This document shows, in pieces, positions 36,098-46,010 of a stretch of DNA of 64,000 nucleotides. Numbering within the stretch: the first letter of the stretch is position 1; every line of letters begins with the position of its first letter. Source of the stretch: Minisyncoccia bacterium (GTDB lineage: Bacteria > Patescibacteriota > Minisyncoccia > Phycocordibacterales > UBA9973); NCBI GenBank assembly GCA_965656375.1, contig CBFHKH010000001.1, positions 409,319 through 473,318 on the forward strand, written 5' to 3'. A program made the position numbers and the translations under genes. The notes beneath the pieces were generated by a model. The model did not search any database and had not been told where the DNA came from. It saw nothing but the letters and a program-made list of their open reading frames with translations.

Positions 36098-37744
36098 ATG
36101 AGGAGGCTCAAATACATATTCATCATAGTTATATCATTCAGCATTCTGCACAGCGCAGAAGCGCTTGATATACAATACGGAAGTATCTTGAGTGTAAAAG
36201 GAACGAATGTCCTTATCGAATATTATGGTATTGGCAAAAAGCAGAATTATCTCTGTAGTGTTACTACAAGATCCTGCAGTGCTACAAAAAAAGTTACTCT
36301 TGGCATTCCTCCTACCCAAAAAATTCAAGCATCACTCGAACAAGAATTAAAAGAAAAGAAAGCAGGTCACGTAACTCTATCCCCTGATGAAAAACTCGTC
36401 GCCTATTATAGAGGAGGGACAGATGCGAATCCCACTCGCATATACACAGTCAGAGATTTGGAAACGAAAAAAGAATACAGTATCTCAAGCTCTGTCGCAT
36501 ATTGGGATCTTGTAGATGATCAGGGACGAGTATTTGATTTCTCTCCAGATAGCAAAAGTCTCGCGTATATCGATGATAAAGATGGAACTATTGCACTCTA
36601 TATCACAGACACGACAAAGCTCACAGATGAAGTAATCACAAGCACAAAACTATCGACAACCGCCTACCAAGTCGATGACTTTCTTTTTACCGATAAAGAT
36701 ACGATGTATTATGTCGGCAATACAAAAGAAAACCCATATGGATGGTCACTGTATAGATATAATCTTAAGACAAACAAAGATGTAGTTGTAGAATCGAACG
36801 TCTCATATAGTAGCCCGATCAGAAAAATCGGGACTTCTCTTGTATTCGGCAAACTCCAAGCAAAAGGATATGGGCCAGAAATCTATAATTTAAATACCAA
36901 GAAGATCGCACAATTCTCAATTCCGAAAATAAGCACAAAGAAAAGCATCACTAACCAAGAGATCATACAAACAGATACGGTAAAGGGAGTACTGATGACT
37001 CCAACAAAAAAGGATACTAAAAAATCATATCCACTCGTCATCTGGCTTCATGGTGGACCATATCGCCAGACAAGTTACGGATACCATCCATTCCATAGTT
37101 ATGGCCTATACGATTCTATACTCGAACTGTTGCGCAAGAATAACGTCGTAGTGCTCAAGCTTGACTATAGAGGAAGCTTTGGATTCGGGCGTGCATATGC
37201 TGAAGGTATCAAGGGTGCAGTGGGTAAAAGTGATGTGGAAGATGTCATGAACGCGATCACCTACGCGAAGAGTCGCTACAATATAAAAGATGTCTACCTC
37301 ATGGGCAATAGCTATGGTGGATATATGTCCCTCCGAACACTTGTCGAACATCCAGATGCATTTACTGGAGTAGTATCTATCAATGGAGTCACAGACTGGG
37401 AGAGTTTGCTCGTAAAGATGCAAACTTCAATATTTAATACTGAATTTAATGGTCTACCGGATCCGAGCAACCGAGCCCTCTATGACAAAGCTTCCATTGC
37501 TGACAAAATTGAAAATATCGGCAACCAGAAAATCGCAATAATCGCAGGTGAAGCTGACCGAACCATCCCCTTCTGGCAAGCGTCTGATTTCTATAAGAAA
37601 TTAAAAGAAGCAGGTAAAAATGTCACCCTTACATCATATCCGAACGAAGACCATGTGTATAAAGAAAAGAAAACTATGCAAAGTCTCTGTACTGAACTAT
37701 TCAATTTTGTAGGAGTCAAAGTAGATTCAGAATGCAAAAAATAG
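36098..37744 (+). CDS. Secreted S9 family (prolyl oligopeptidase-like) peptidase
   Basis: Signal peptide; beta-propeller FSPD repeats; WLHGGP, DYRGSFGFG, GNSYGG, D..IP, EDH. Confidence 0.9.
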   Translation: MRRLKYIFIIVISFSILHSAEALDIQYGSILSVKGTNVLIEYYGIGKKQNYLCSVTTRSCSATKKVTLGIPPTQKIQASLEQELKEKKAGHVTLSPDEKLVAYYRGGTDANPTRIYTVRDLETKKEYSISSSVAYWDLVDDQGRVFDFSPDSKSLAYIDDKDGTIALYITDTTKLTDEVITSTKLSTTAYQVDDFLFTDKDTMYYVGNTKENPYGWSLYRYNLKTNKDVVVESNVSYSSPIRKIGTSLVFGKLQAKGYGPEIYNLNTKKIAQFSIPKISTKKSITNQEIIQTDTVKGVLMTPTKKDTKKSYPLVIWLHGGPYRQTSYGYHPFHSYGLYDSILELLRKNNVVVLKLDYRGSFGFGRAYAEGIKGAVGKSDVEDVMNAITYAKSRYNIKDVYLMGNSYGGYMSLRTLVEHPDAFTGVVSINGVTDWESLLVKMQTSIFNTEFNGLPDPSNRALYDKASIADKIENIGNQKIAIIAGEADRTIPFWQASDFYKKLKEAGKNVTLTSYPNEDHVYKEKKTMQSLCTELFNFVGVKVDSECKK

Positions 37745-37792
37745 TACTGAACTTGAAACGATGTTCGAAATATCATTTTGAGTACAAAATAT

Positions 37793-37825
37793 AAAAGGCT
37801 TCTTGGAAAATCCAAGAAGCCTTTT
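37793..37825. terminator. Bidirectional terminator
   Basis: aaaaggcttcttgga-aaa-tccaagaagcctttt. Confidence 0.82.
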
Positions 37826-37845
37826 GAATTGATCAAAACAATACT

Positions 37846-38322
37846 TTATAGCTGTGCATATTCATAAATTCCAATTAAACCTCTTTGATGATCAATATAC
37901 CGTACTTTTATTGAAGTTTGAGTAGCCAACTCGGCACTTTCTTCATCTGATTGAACCATCACTAAGCCTCCTTTTCGAACGAATTTGAAGCATTTGCTTT
38001 TTAGTAATAATTTTTGATTTTCCGTAATGGGTGATACATTAAGTACTACTAAATATATTTCGTTTTCACAATTGAAATATACTAACCACAAGCCTACTAA
38101 GTACTTTTCAATTGAAAACACTTCACATTGTTTTCCAACTAAATCTACGTAATTATAAAAGTACTTTTCTGCTCTTTTGTATTCAATCTTAATGTGTGGC
38201 GGATCTATGATTTTTTGAATTTCCCTTTTAAGTTTTTTAGGGATAAACTTTTTAAAAAATGTTGTTACAGTAATAAGTATCTGAGCCAGATACCAACTTT
38301 TCGGGATTGTTTGACTTTTCAT
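37846..38322 (-). CDS. Hypothetical AT-rich protein
   Basis: 158 aa ORF with upstream TTGACA promoter and downstream terminator. Confidence 0.55.
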   Translation of the reverse strand: MKSQTIPKSWYLAQILITVTTFFKKFIPKKLKREIQKIIDPPHIKIEYKRAEKYFYNYVDLVGKQCEVFSIEKYLVGLWLVYFNCENEIYLVVLNVSPITENQKLLLKSKCFKFVRKGGLVMVQSDEESAELATQTSIKVRYIDHQRGLIGIYEYAQL

Positions 38323-38470
38323 TTTTTATCAATTTTAGATTTTCCAATTTATTAAATTACTTTAGCTTCCATATTGAAAACCAAAATAATTTAATAAATC
38401 TAAATACAAAATATATTGAGGAGCAATAATTAAGAGTACATTATAATATATTTCATTTTGTGTCAATAAG

Positions 38471-38497
38471 AAAAATCCCTCATTGTGAGGGATTTTA
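38471..38497 (-). terminator. Terminator of ECF/efflux operon
   Basis: aaaatccctca-ttg-tgagggatttt. Confidence 0.82.
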
Positions 38498-38507
38498 CAT
38501 TTTACAT

Positions 38508-38945
38508 CTAGTTGATCTTTAGGGGTTGGACAGGAGTATCTCGTAATTGTATCTGTTCTGCACTCACACTACCATCTGCATTTACTTTACCCGTAATCAT
38601 GACATTCTTGCCGATAGCAATATCTTCAGATGTTCCTGCAATTGATTTCATGACTGGAGTAGTAGCTGTAAAGAGAATGATCTTTGATCCACCATCTTGA
38701 AGCTTTACTGTCATGCTCGTTGCATCTTTTGCTATAACTTCTCCCGATGTAAATCCACCATTTGCACCGCTGCGCATCATGGCACCATCTGGGCGGACAC
38801 CCATGCCGTTTTGTGATCGAAAATTACCAGAACGCATAGTATTCTTTCCTTTTGCTTGGGCGTACTTCATACCCCCATAAAAGAATGCCCCCGCAACCAC
38901 AATTATACTTATAGCGATAATTGAAACTAATTTATTTTTCTTCAT
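38508..38945 (-). CDS. DUF5666-like membrane-anchored protein
   Basis: TM ending FYGGMKY, Gly/Met-rich linker, GEVIAKD..TVKL.DGGSKII, VSAEQIQ; start reassigned. Confidence 0.75.
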   Translation of the reverse strand: MKKNKLVSIIAISIIVVAGAFFYGGMKYAQAKGKNTMRSGNFRSQNGMGVRPDGAMMRSGANGGFTSGEVIAKDATSMTVKLQDGGSKIILFTATTPVMKSIAGTSEDIAIGKNVMITGKVNADGSVSAEQIQLRDTPVQPLKIN

Positions 38946-38952
38946 ATATATC

Positions 38953-39056
38953 GAGCGAAACAAATTACTTTATGAAAAATAGTCTGGCCTCGCTCCTTTA
39001 GAAATTTAGTGCGAGGAGAACCGAGGACTTTTTTCAGAATATAATTTGTGAAGCTT
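38953..39056 (+). repeat. Hairpin element copy C
   Basis: Matches 25201..25285 with 3 substitutions plus a different apical loop; compensatory change in basal stem. Confidence 0.88.
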
Positions 39057-39074
39057 ATCAACTACTAATAATTC

Positions 39075-40295
39075 TTACTCATATCGCAATGCTTCGATAG
39101 GATTGAGCTTCGAAGCACGCGAAGCGGGATAATATCCAAATATAATGCCGATACCTGCTGACACGCCGAATGCAAGAAGAATTGATTTGAGCGATACCGA
39201 TGTCGCGATGATTCCAGTCTTTGCTACTAAAAATGCAATCCCCCACCCGAGAATGACTCCAATCACCCCTCCAATAAATGTAAGTGCAACCGCCTCTACC
39301 AGAAATTGCTTGCTGATGTCTCTCCGCTTTGCACCAATTGCTTTTCTGAGTCCGATCTCGCGAGTACGCTCAGTCACTGTGGTGAGCATCATGTTCATGA
39401 TTCCAATACCACCGACGAGGAGTGAAATCCCTGCAACTGCAGCCAGAAGCGTCGTAAATGTACTCGTCACAGAAGATGCAGTCGCAATAATGTCAGCTTG
39501 ATTAAGCGTGTTGAAGTCTGCTTGAGTTGGATCTTTTATGTTATGCGCATCAAGCAATGCGAGTGTAACATCAGATTGGACTTGCGTAGTAACCTCAGCA
39601 CTCTCGGCTTGAACAGAGATGCTCGTCACATATTGGTCACCTGAGAAATATCGCTGTGCAGTCGAGAGCGAAATATAAATGACATCATCAGGATTCTGGA
39701 AACCTGAACCCCCTTTTGTCTTTGTGATACCGATAATTTTAAATTGTGTACCTTTGATTCGAATTGTCTGTCCGACTGCACTCGCACCCTCTCCAAACAA
39801 GTCATCTCGAGCTGAAGGACCGAGTACTGCAACTTTTGCTCCACTTGTAACATTTTGATCAGTGATAAATACTCCTTCATCTACTTCTACATTGCGAACG
39901 CTCGGATAGCTTGTAGTTACTCCAGTTACAGATGTATTTGTATTTGTTCCTTTTGCAGTAACTTGATATCTACCTGTAACTTCAGGAGCAACAGCTTTTA
40001 CCCCAGAGATACTTGTAAGTACCTCCACGTCTTCGAGTGTAAGTGATTTTGCTGATCCTCTTCCTGAGCTCACTTGTACCCCCGCACCACGCCCTGCCCC
40101 CGGTGAGACAATAATCAGATTCGATCCAATAGACTGAATAGAGCTTTGGATAGATGCTTGCGCACCCTGACCAATAGCGGTCATAGCAATGACAGAAGCG
40201 ATACCGATGATGATGCCAAGCATCGTAAGCCCTGATCGAACTTTGTTTGATGAGAGTGCAGAATATGTTTCTTGGAATATATCTTTTGTAGTCAT
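39075..40295 (-). CDS. MacB-like ABC transporter permease
   Basis: RSGLTMLGIIIG, VGGIGIMNMML..VTERTREIGLRKAIGA, LNPIEALRYE; start reassigned. Confidence 0.94.
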   Translation of the reverse strand: MTTKDIFQETYSALSSNKVRSGLTMLGIIIGIASVIAMTAIGQGAQASIQSSIQSIGSNLIIVSPGAGRGAGVQVSSGRGSAKSLTLEDVEVLTSISGVKAVAPEVTGRYQVTAKGTNTNTSVTGVTTSYPSVRNVEVDEGVFITDQNVTSGAKVAVLGPSARDDLFGEGASAVGQTIRIKGTQFKIIGITKTKGGSGFQNPDDVIYISLSTAQRYFSGDQYVTSISVQAESAEVTTQVQSDVTLALLDAHNIKDPTQADFNTLNQADIIATASSVTSTFTTLLAAVAGISLLVGGIGIMNMMLTTVTERTREIGLRKAIGAKRRDISKQFLVEAVALTFIGGVIGVILGWGIAFLVAKTGIIATSVSLKSILLAFGVSAGIGIIFGYYPASRASKLNPIEALRYE

Positions 40296-40296
40296 A

Positions 40297-40986
40297 CTAT
40301 TTTGCATCAGTCTTACGATCACTTAAAAGTAATCCATCTTTTATATGAATAATACGATCAGCATGCTCTGCCACATCAGGTTCGTGAGTAATGAGTATAA
40401 TTGTACGACCGAGTTCACGATTAAGCTTCTGAAATGTCGCAAGGACGATCTCTCCCGTTTTTGAATCAAGATTCCCTGTCGGTTCATCAGCAAGTATAAG
40501 CGTCGGATCATTAACGAGCGCTCGTGCAATAGCGACACGCTGAATCTGACCGCCAGAGAGCTGGTTTGAAAGATGATGAAAGTGAGCTTCATCAAACCCT
40601 GCAGAAATAAGTGCGCTTTTTGCACGCTCAATTCTTTGCCCTTCTGCTACCCCCTCATATACAAGCGGTAGTGATACGTTGCGGAGTACGCTTGCACGAG
40701 GAAGCAGATTGAATGCTTGAAATACGAAACCAATTTTATCCCTCCTAATATCGGCAAGCTCATCATCAGAGAGAAGTGATACGTCTTTGCCGTCGAGAAA
40801 GTATTCACCTTCGGTCGGGTTATCAAGCGCTCCCAAGATATGCATAAGCGTCGACTTTCCTGAACCAGATGGACCCATGATAGCTACAAACTCTCCGTCT
40901 TTGATTGTGAAGCTCACACCTTTGAGCGCTTGAAATTTATTCTCTCCTGAGTTATATGTCTTTGTTATATTTTTTATTTCTATCAT
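40297..40986 (-). CDS. ABC transporter ATP-binding protein (MacB/LolD type)
   Basis: GPSGSGKST, LSGGQIQRVAIARAL, ILADEPTGNLD. Confidence 0.96.
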   Translation of the reverse strand: MIEIKNITKTYNSGENKFQALKGVSFTIKDGEFVAIMGPSGSGKSTLMHILGALDNPTEGEYFLDGKDVSLLSDDELADIRRDKIGFVFQAFNLLPRASVLRNVSLPLVYEGVAEGQRIERAKSALISAGFDEAHFHHLSNQLSGGQIQRVAIARALVNDPTLILADEPTGNLDSKTGEIVLATFQKLNRELGRTIILITHEPDVAEHADRIIHIKDGLLLSDRKTDAK

Positions 40987-42512
40987 CGTGTTATTGCTCT
41001 TGTCGCACCTCGTGCACCCGCATTACCAAAGAGGCTCGGTGTACTTACAGTCGAAGGCTTTGTCGTGTTCGATGTGATAGTACGAGAGACGACCTGGTCA
41101 CCTTCCTTTAGTCCCGTTGTAACTTCTGTAGATGTATCATCTGATACACCAACTTCGACAGCGACTTGTTCTGGTAACACTTCTGAGAGTGAACCTTGAG
41201 CACTTGCTGCTGTACCTACAGGAAGCGCAGGATTGAAAATTTCTACATAACTTCCGCGTGTATCAGTCTTGATGGCAGATGCTGGAATGACGAGCACTCC
41301 CTGTTTCATAGCAGTAATTACAGAAGCAGAGACGCTCATACCTGGCTTTATGCGAGCATCATCAGTATCAAAGCTAATTTTTACCGTATACGATACTACT
41401 CCTTGAGTAACAGTTCCTACTCCGTCGATCTCTACAACTTCGCCAGTAATCGTCAGATTTTCTACTGCATCAAACGTAAGCGTCGCTTTCTGTCCGAGGC
41501 TAACCTTTGATACATCGACTTCATTAAGAGTGATAGAAGCAACTTTTTGTTTCGTAATAATAGTGCCGAGTGTATCTGATGCAGTATTGCCAACGATAGC
41601 AGTTACACTTGCGATAGTGCCATCAAATGGCGCAGATACATAGTAATCAGAAAGAGTTCTCTGTGCATCTATCAAGGCATTCTGTTTTTGAACGAGAGCG
41701 AGTTCACGCGATTTTACTGTTTCTTCAGCATTTTCTATATCTTGTGGAATAGAAAGCTTACCTTCTTCATATGCTCGCAATTTTGCTGCATAGGTAGTTG
41801 ACGCGAGAGATGGTAAATCGATATACCACTCTTCCCCTGTCTTTGGAAGTGAAGTGAATGTAACATAGAGCCCTCGATCACCAAGCTTTTGTGGAACATT
41901 TGTTTTAATTGCAAATGATCCCGATTCGAGTCCACGGTAGGTTATACACTGACCACCTGAACACTCATATACTTCGAGGGTATATCTCCCTTGAACTGTA
42001 GAAGTATATGTTCCCGATACATTCACTATATTAGTATTTACATTATCACTCTCTGGCATAGCAACCACCGATGAGTTTAAATCAAGCAAGAGATTCTTAA
42101 GAGCAGTATCCTTGGAAACTTTTGTATTTTCATAATCTTTTTTTGCACTCGCAAGATCACTTTCTGCGATTTGTAGACTTAATTTTGCGTCACGCACACC
42201 TTTAAGAGCATCCGAGCCATCGATTACGAATAGAGTTTGACCTTTTCTGACATATGAACCTGCTGTCACATTTACTTGTGTGATAGTCCCTGATGATTTT
42301 GCTTTAAGTTCTATTGTGCTTGTTGCTTCTACTTGACCGGTTCCAGTGATAGAGGAAATAATATCTCCTTTCTCTACAATTGCTGTCACATAGCGGACTT
42401 CTGCAGTCGCATTACTTTTAAACATGAAGTAAGAACTAATAATAAGAATGAGTGCAATAGCTCCGCTTATAATTTTATGACCTACAATGAATGTTTTTAT
42501 TTTCTGTATCAT
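40983..42512 (-). CDS. MacA-like efflux membrane fusion protein
   Basis: TM anchor, ITGTGQV, lipoyl-like half motifs (G.YVRKGQ, APFDGTI), IKPGMSV, GLKEGDQV. Confidence 0.9.
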   Translation of the reverse strand: MIQKIKTFIVGHKIISGAIALILIISSYFMFKSNATAEVRYVTAIVEKGDIISSITGTGQVEATSTIELKAKSSGTITQVNVTAGSYVRKGQTLFVIDGSDALKGVRDAKLSLQIAESDLASAKKDYENTKVSKDTALKNLLLDLNSSVVAMPESDNVNTNIVNVSGTYTSTVQGRYTLEVYECSGGQCITYRGLESGSFAIKTNVPQKLGDRGLYVTFTSLPKTGEEWYIDLPSLASTTYAAKLRAYEEGKLSIPQDIENAEETVKSRELALVQKQNALIDAQRTLSDYYVSAPFDGTIASVTAIVGNTASDTLGTIITKQKVASITLNEVDVSKVSLGQKATLTFDAVENLTITGEVVEIDGVGTVTQGVVSYTVKISFDTDDARIKPGMSVSASVITAMKQGVLVIPASAIKTDTRGSYVEIFNPALPVGTAASAQGSLSEVLPEQVAVEVGVSDDTSTEVTTGLKEGDQVVSRTITSNTTKPSTVSTPSLFGNAGARGATRAITR

Positions 42513-42517
42513 ATAGT

Positions 42518-43024
42518 TTAACGATTATCACTATTCTTTTCTCGCATCATCTCAGGAGATGGTGCAGGAAGTATACGAATTAATTTTGCTTCAATCTGAC
42601 CTTCCGTATTTGGTGAGCCGATAACGACGACATATGAATCTACGTTGATATCATCTTTAGTTCCATCTTCACGCATTTTGCGGAATTGCGTATCATCCGT
42701 AATGAGAATAACCTTTTCGGTATTATCTTTGTCTGCGACGATCATTGTTGGAAATTCAACTTTGATCACCTTTCCGATAGATCCGTGTGCATTCGGGAAA
42801 TTCTCAGGGGACCCTTTCATCATCATCTTGCCTCCACGACGTGGGCCAAAATTCTTTGAGAAATTGCCATCCATATCATGTCGATATGATGCCTTATGAA
42901 AACCGACAAACATCCCTGCTTGGAATATGAGTGATGCTATGAACAAAGCTCCAAACCCATACATGATCTTCTTAAAAATCTTTGGTTCTGATAATTTATT
43001 AACGTATGTTTTTATTTTTTCCAT
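42518..43024 (-). CDS. Membrane-anchored protein, DUF5666-like
   Basis: TM IFQAGMFVG, HGSIGKVI, VVVIGSP..GQIEAKLIR. Confidence 0.7.
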   Translation of the reverse strand: MEKIKTYVNKLSEPKIFKKIMYGFGALFIASLIFQAGMFVGFHKASYRHDMDGNFSKNFGPRRGGKMMMKGSPENFPNAHGSIGKVIKVEFPTMIVADKDNTEKVILITDDTQFRKMREDGTKDDINVDSYVVVIGSPNTEGQIEAKLIRILPAPSPEMMREKNSDNR

Positions 43025-43034
43025 AATGATACTG

Positions 43035-43433
43035 TTATGCTATTGATAATTGATTTCTATTTCTCAATACGAGACGTCTCATCGAGAACGCGAGTACAAA
43101 GAGTAAGAGTAAGGATACTGTAATGCTCGTAAGTGGGAGTGATTCAGCAATAGAGAGTATAAATTCCTTCCAATACGCGGTAAACGCTCCGCTTTCTCTG
43201 GCGAGTGACATATATTCATAGAATCCAGATTGGGACAATCCAGTTAGAACATCTCGCACTACAAATACAAACCCTGACAAAGAGAGCACGAGAACTCCGA
43301 TATATTTAAAATATGAGATCTTCTTTCTCTTTTCTTCTTTGAGACTGATTGTTCGCCAGATATCGGCAGAGAGCTTCATCTCCCCATGATACGAGGCATT
43401 TTTGAATAGTTCTTGTAAACGTTTTCCATCCAT
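43035..43433 (-). CDS. Putative membrane anti-sigma factor
   Basis: Short soluble N-terminus plus two TM helices directly downstream of ECF sigma. Confidence 0.6.
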   Translation of the reverse strand: MDGKRLQELFKNASYHGEMKLSADIWRTISLKEEKRKKISYFKYIGVLVLSLSGFVFVVRDVLTGLSQSGFYEYMSLARESGAFTAYWKEFILSIAESLPLTSITVSLLLLFVLAFSMRRLVLRNRNQLSIA

Positions 43434-43440
43434 ATTGGTA

Positions 43441-43469
43441 TATACGATATAACATATACAAGTGGTGCA
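43441..43469 (-). promoter_or_regulatory. SigW/SigM-like ECF promoter for anti-sigma/efflux operon
   Basis: TGCACC-N17-CGTATA, 7 nt before ATG at 43433; fills the intergene. Confidence 0.65.
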
Positions 43470-44021
43470 CTAGACATCAAGCAATCCACGTAGTCTTTTG
43501 ATAGCTCGGAAATGATAATTTTTAACGGTATTGAGAGGCTTACCAAGCACTTTCCCTATTTCCTTAAATGTCATATCTTCTTGGTAGTAGAGCATGAGGA
43601 CTGTTTGATAGTCGGTAGGTAATTGCGAGAGAAGCTCATTGAGCAATTTCGTATCTTCGAGTTTTACAATGGCAACATCGGGGAGGATAGTTTCGTCTTG
43701 TATACTCTCTGAAAAAGAATCTTCTTCCGTATCAAGATCAGAAAATACAGTCGACTTTTTCTTACGTAAAAAGTCAGTTGTCGTATTGCGTGCAATGGTA
43801 AAAAGCCACGTCTTGAATTGAGCACGTTTTACTTTGAACTTTTTTATATTTCTCCAGACCTTTATAAATACATCCTGAGTAACGTCAGGCGCATTAGTCG
43901 CACCTACAAAACGGATTACAAAATTGTATATCTCGGGCGTATATCTCTCAATCAGTATTTTCAGAGCTTCCTGATTTCCAGCAATATATTCTCTGATTAA
44001 TTCTTCATCCGTCTCTCGCAT
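43470..44021 (-). CDS. ECF RNA polymerase sigma factor (sigma A of this window)
   Basis: DVTQDVFIKVW, FKTWLFTIARN...DFLRK, MTFKEIG.VLG.PLNTVK. Confidence 0.94.
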   Translation of the reverse strand: MRETDEELIREYIAGNQEALKILIERYTPEIYNFVIRFVGATNAPDVTQDVFIKVWRNIKKFKVKRAQFKTWLFTIARNTTTDFLRKKKSTVFSDLDTEEDSFSESIQDETILPDVAIVKLEDTKLLNELLSQLPTDYQTVLMLYYQEDMTFKEIGKVLGKPLNTVKNYHFRAIKRLRGLLDV

Positions 44022-44061
44022 TACTCCACTATACTAGAAAATTAAAATTTCAAAGAATAGT

Positions 44062-44093
44062 AAAAAACCTTCCTATTATTAGGAAGGTTTTTT
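44062..44093 (-). terminator. Intrinsic terminator
   Basis: aaaaaaccttcct-attatt-aggaaggtttttt. Confidence 0.82.
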
Positions 44094-45594
44094 ACTTCTC
44101 GAGATCGAGGATGTCATCGATTCGAATCTGTGAGACGAATTCAGGAACGTGAGAGACGAGAATCATCGCACCTTCGTATGAATCGAGAGCCTTAGCAATG
44201 ACTGGTAGATGGCGAAAGTTGATATGATTTGTCGGCTCATCTAGAATAAGTAGTCCTGGTCGAAGCAGAACAAGACTTGCAAATGCAACCAGACCTTTCT
44301 GTCCTTCAGAAAGACTACCAATACGAGTATGCACCATATCCCCTGCGATCAAAAACGATGCAGCAACAGCACGAATATTCTGCTCATCGACACGACCAGT
44401 CACCATACGACTGATTTCAGAAAGCGATTCAAGAACAGTGTGTTCGAAATTAAGGGTTGAGAAATCCTGACGATAGTATCCTACACGTGTACCATTTTGT
44501 ATTACTGCACCTGCCTGCGCAGGCAGGCCATCAGCTTTACCGCTTGCAAGTGATTCAAGAAGTGTACTCTTGCCGATGCCATTCGGACCAGAGAGTAATA
44601 AATGTTTATTCTTGCGAAGTGAAAGGCTTACTTTCTTTTTCGATGGTTTTCCTTTTTTAAGTATTGATACAGATGAGAGGGTGAGGATATCGCCGATAAG
44701 GTCGCCCTGGAATGGAATAGTGAACGGTCGGATCGTCTTGTCTTCTTTTCGCACATCGACTTTCTCTTCTTCGAGTTCTTCTGCAAGATCTCGCATGCGC
44801 TTGGCAACTGCACGAAGATTTCCCCCCTTCATCGCAAAGGCATTGGCCTGATCTTTCTTTGCTTGGATTTCTTTCGAAAGAAGTGCGTTCTTCCTATTTT
44901 CTCGTTCCATCCGAGCAGTGATCTGATCACGTACATCTGTATAGTTACCGACATATTGCTCGATTTTGCGAGTATAGACATCGAGGTACAGCACCGCATC
45001 AGTGAATGCATTCAAGAAGTGCGCATCGTGGGAAATCACGATCACTGTCTTTTTGTATTTGATAAGAAAGTCTGTAAGATGCGCAATCCCTGCTTTGTCC
45101 AAATTGTTTGTTGGCTCATCGAGAAGGAGGATATCAGGTTCTTGGATTAGAGCGCTTGCAAGAAGCAAGCGTGCCTGCTGTCCGCCAGAGAAAGATTTCA
45201 CGATGCGATCATGGACCTTTTCATGACCTTTCAAATTCACCACCTCAAGCGCATCATCAATCCGAGGATCAATATCGTATACCTTCTCCTTGAAACACTT
45301 TTCAAAAAATTCTCGGACTGTAAGGTCGAGTTCATCGCGAGGAATAACCTGGCGAGAAAGCGCAATTGTCGTGCGCTGAGCCAGATTGATCTTGCCATTT
45401 TCAGGCACATGAGCACCAGTAATAAGGCCAAAGAGCGTACTTTTGCCTGCACCATTCTGTCCCATGATAGTAACCTTCATCCCGCGGCGAATAGAAAAAT
45501 CAACCGTGTCCAAGATCGGTTTGTTGTGCCCATATTCAAATGAGACTTTCTCGAATCGTATTACGACTTCGCCATGTAAAGGTTTTTCTGCCAT
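44092..45594 (-). CDS. ABC-F family ATPase
   Basis: Two ABC domains (GQNGAGKST/FSGGQ/LDEPTNNLD; GPNGIGKST/LSEGQ/LDEPTNH), no TM. Confidence 0.93.
   Translation of the reverse strand: MAEKPLHGEVVIRFEKVSFEYGHNKPILDTVDFSIRRGMKVTIMGQNGAGKSTLFGLITGAHVPENGKINLAQRTTIALSRQVIPRDELDLTVREFFEKCFKEKVYDIDPRIDDALEVVNLKGHEKVHDRIVKSFSGGQQARLLLASALIQEPDILLLDEPTNNLDKAGIAHLTDFLIKYKKTVIVISHDAHFLNAFTDAVLYLDVYTRKIEQYVGNYTDVRDQITARMERENRKNALLSKEIQAKKDQANAFAMKGGNLRAVAKRMRDLAEELEEEKVDVRKEDKTIRPFTIPFQGDLIGDILTLSSVSILKKGKPSKKKVSLSLRKNKHLLLSGPNGIGKSTLLESLASGKADGLPAQAGAVIQNGTRVGYYRQDFSTLNFEHTVLESLSEISRMVTGRVDEQNIRAVAASFLIAGDMVHTRIGSLSEGQKGLVAFASLVLLRPGLLILDEPTNHINFRHLPVIAKALDSYEGAMILVSHVPEFVSQIRIDDILDLEK
44510..44527. 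repeat. Perfect 18 bp palindrome in ABC-F gene (encodes LPAQAG)
   Basis: cctgcctgcgcaggcagg is its own reverse complement. Confidence 0.75.
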
Positions 45595-45629
45595 AGATTC
45601 CCTATACTACCGTATTTAGAGAGAATCTG

Positions 45630-46010
45630 CTAGTAATTTTGGGATAAAATGGTGTTTATCTCTTCTATATCGCGCGCGATCTGAAGCGCAAGTGCGTGGG
45701 CATCTTCAAATTTTCTCACTTCGCGTATACGTTTGATCATATCAATTTGAATTACTGTTTGATCCGTAGAAGGTACAGTCTCATCAGTCATATCAATCAA
45801 GTGCACTTCCATCGTCTTCTCTGGCAAATCAAATGTCGGAATGGAACCGTAGTGAAGCGCACCATTGTATGTTTTACCATCTATCGTAACAAGTACTGCA
45901 TAGATACCCTCCTCTAGTGCGAGATCCTCTGGGACAACTAGATTTATCGTGGGGAATCCAACACTATGTCCGCGACCGTTACCTTTAATTTGTTTGGATT
46001 GGAAGAGCAT
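45630..46010 (-). CDS. Monofunctional riboflavin kinase
   Basis: GNGRG..VGFPTINL, GIYAV, G..PTF, EVHLID, IREVRKF; no FAD synthetase domain. Confidence 0.9.
   Translation of the reverse strand: MLFQSKQIKGNGRGHSVGFPTINLVVPEDLALEEGIYAVLVTIDGKTYNGALHYGSIPTFDLPEKTMEVHLIDMTDETVPSTDQTVIQIDMIKRIREVRKFEDAHALALQIARDIEEINTILSQNY

Noticed and set aside
38347-38399. AT-rich inverted repeat atttattaaatta...taatttaataaat as a fourth hairpin-family copy
   Set aside because: Lacks the GTCTGG and CCGAGGAC blocks; low complexity makes chance pairing likely
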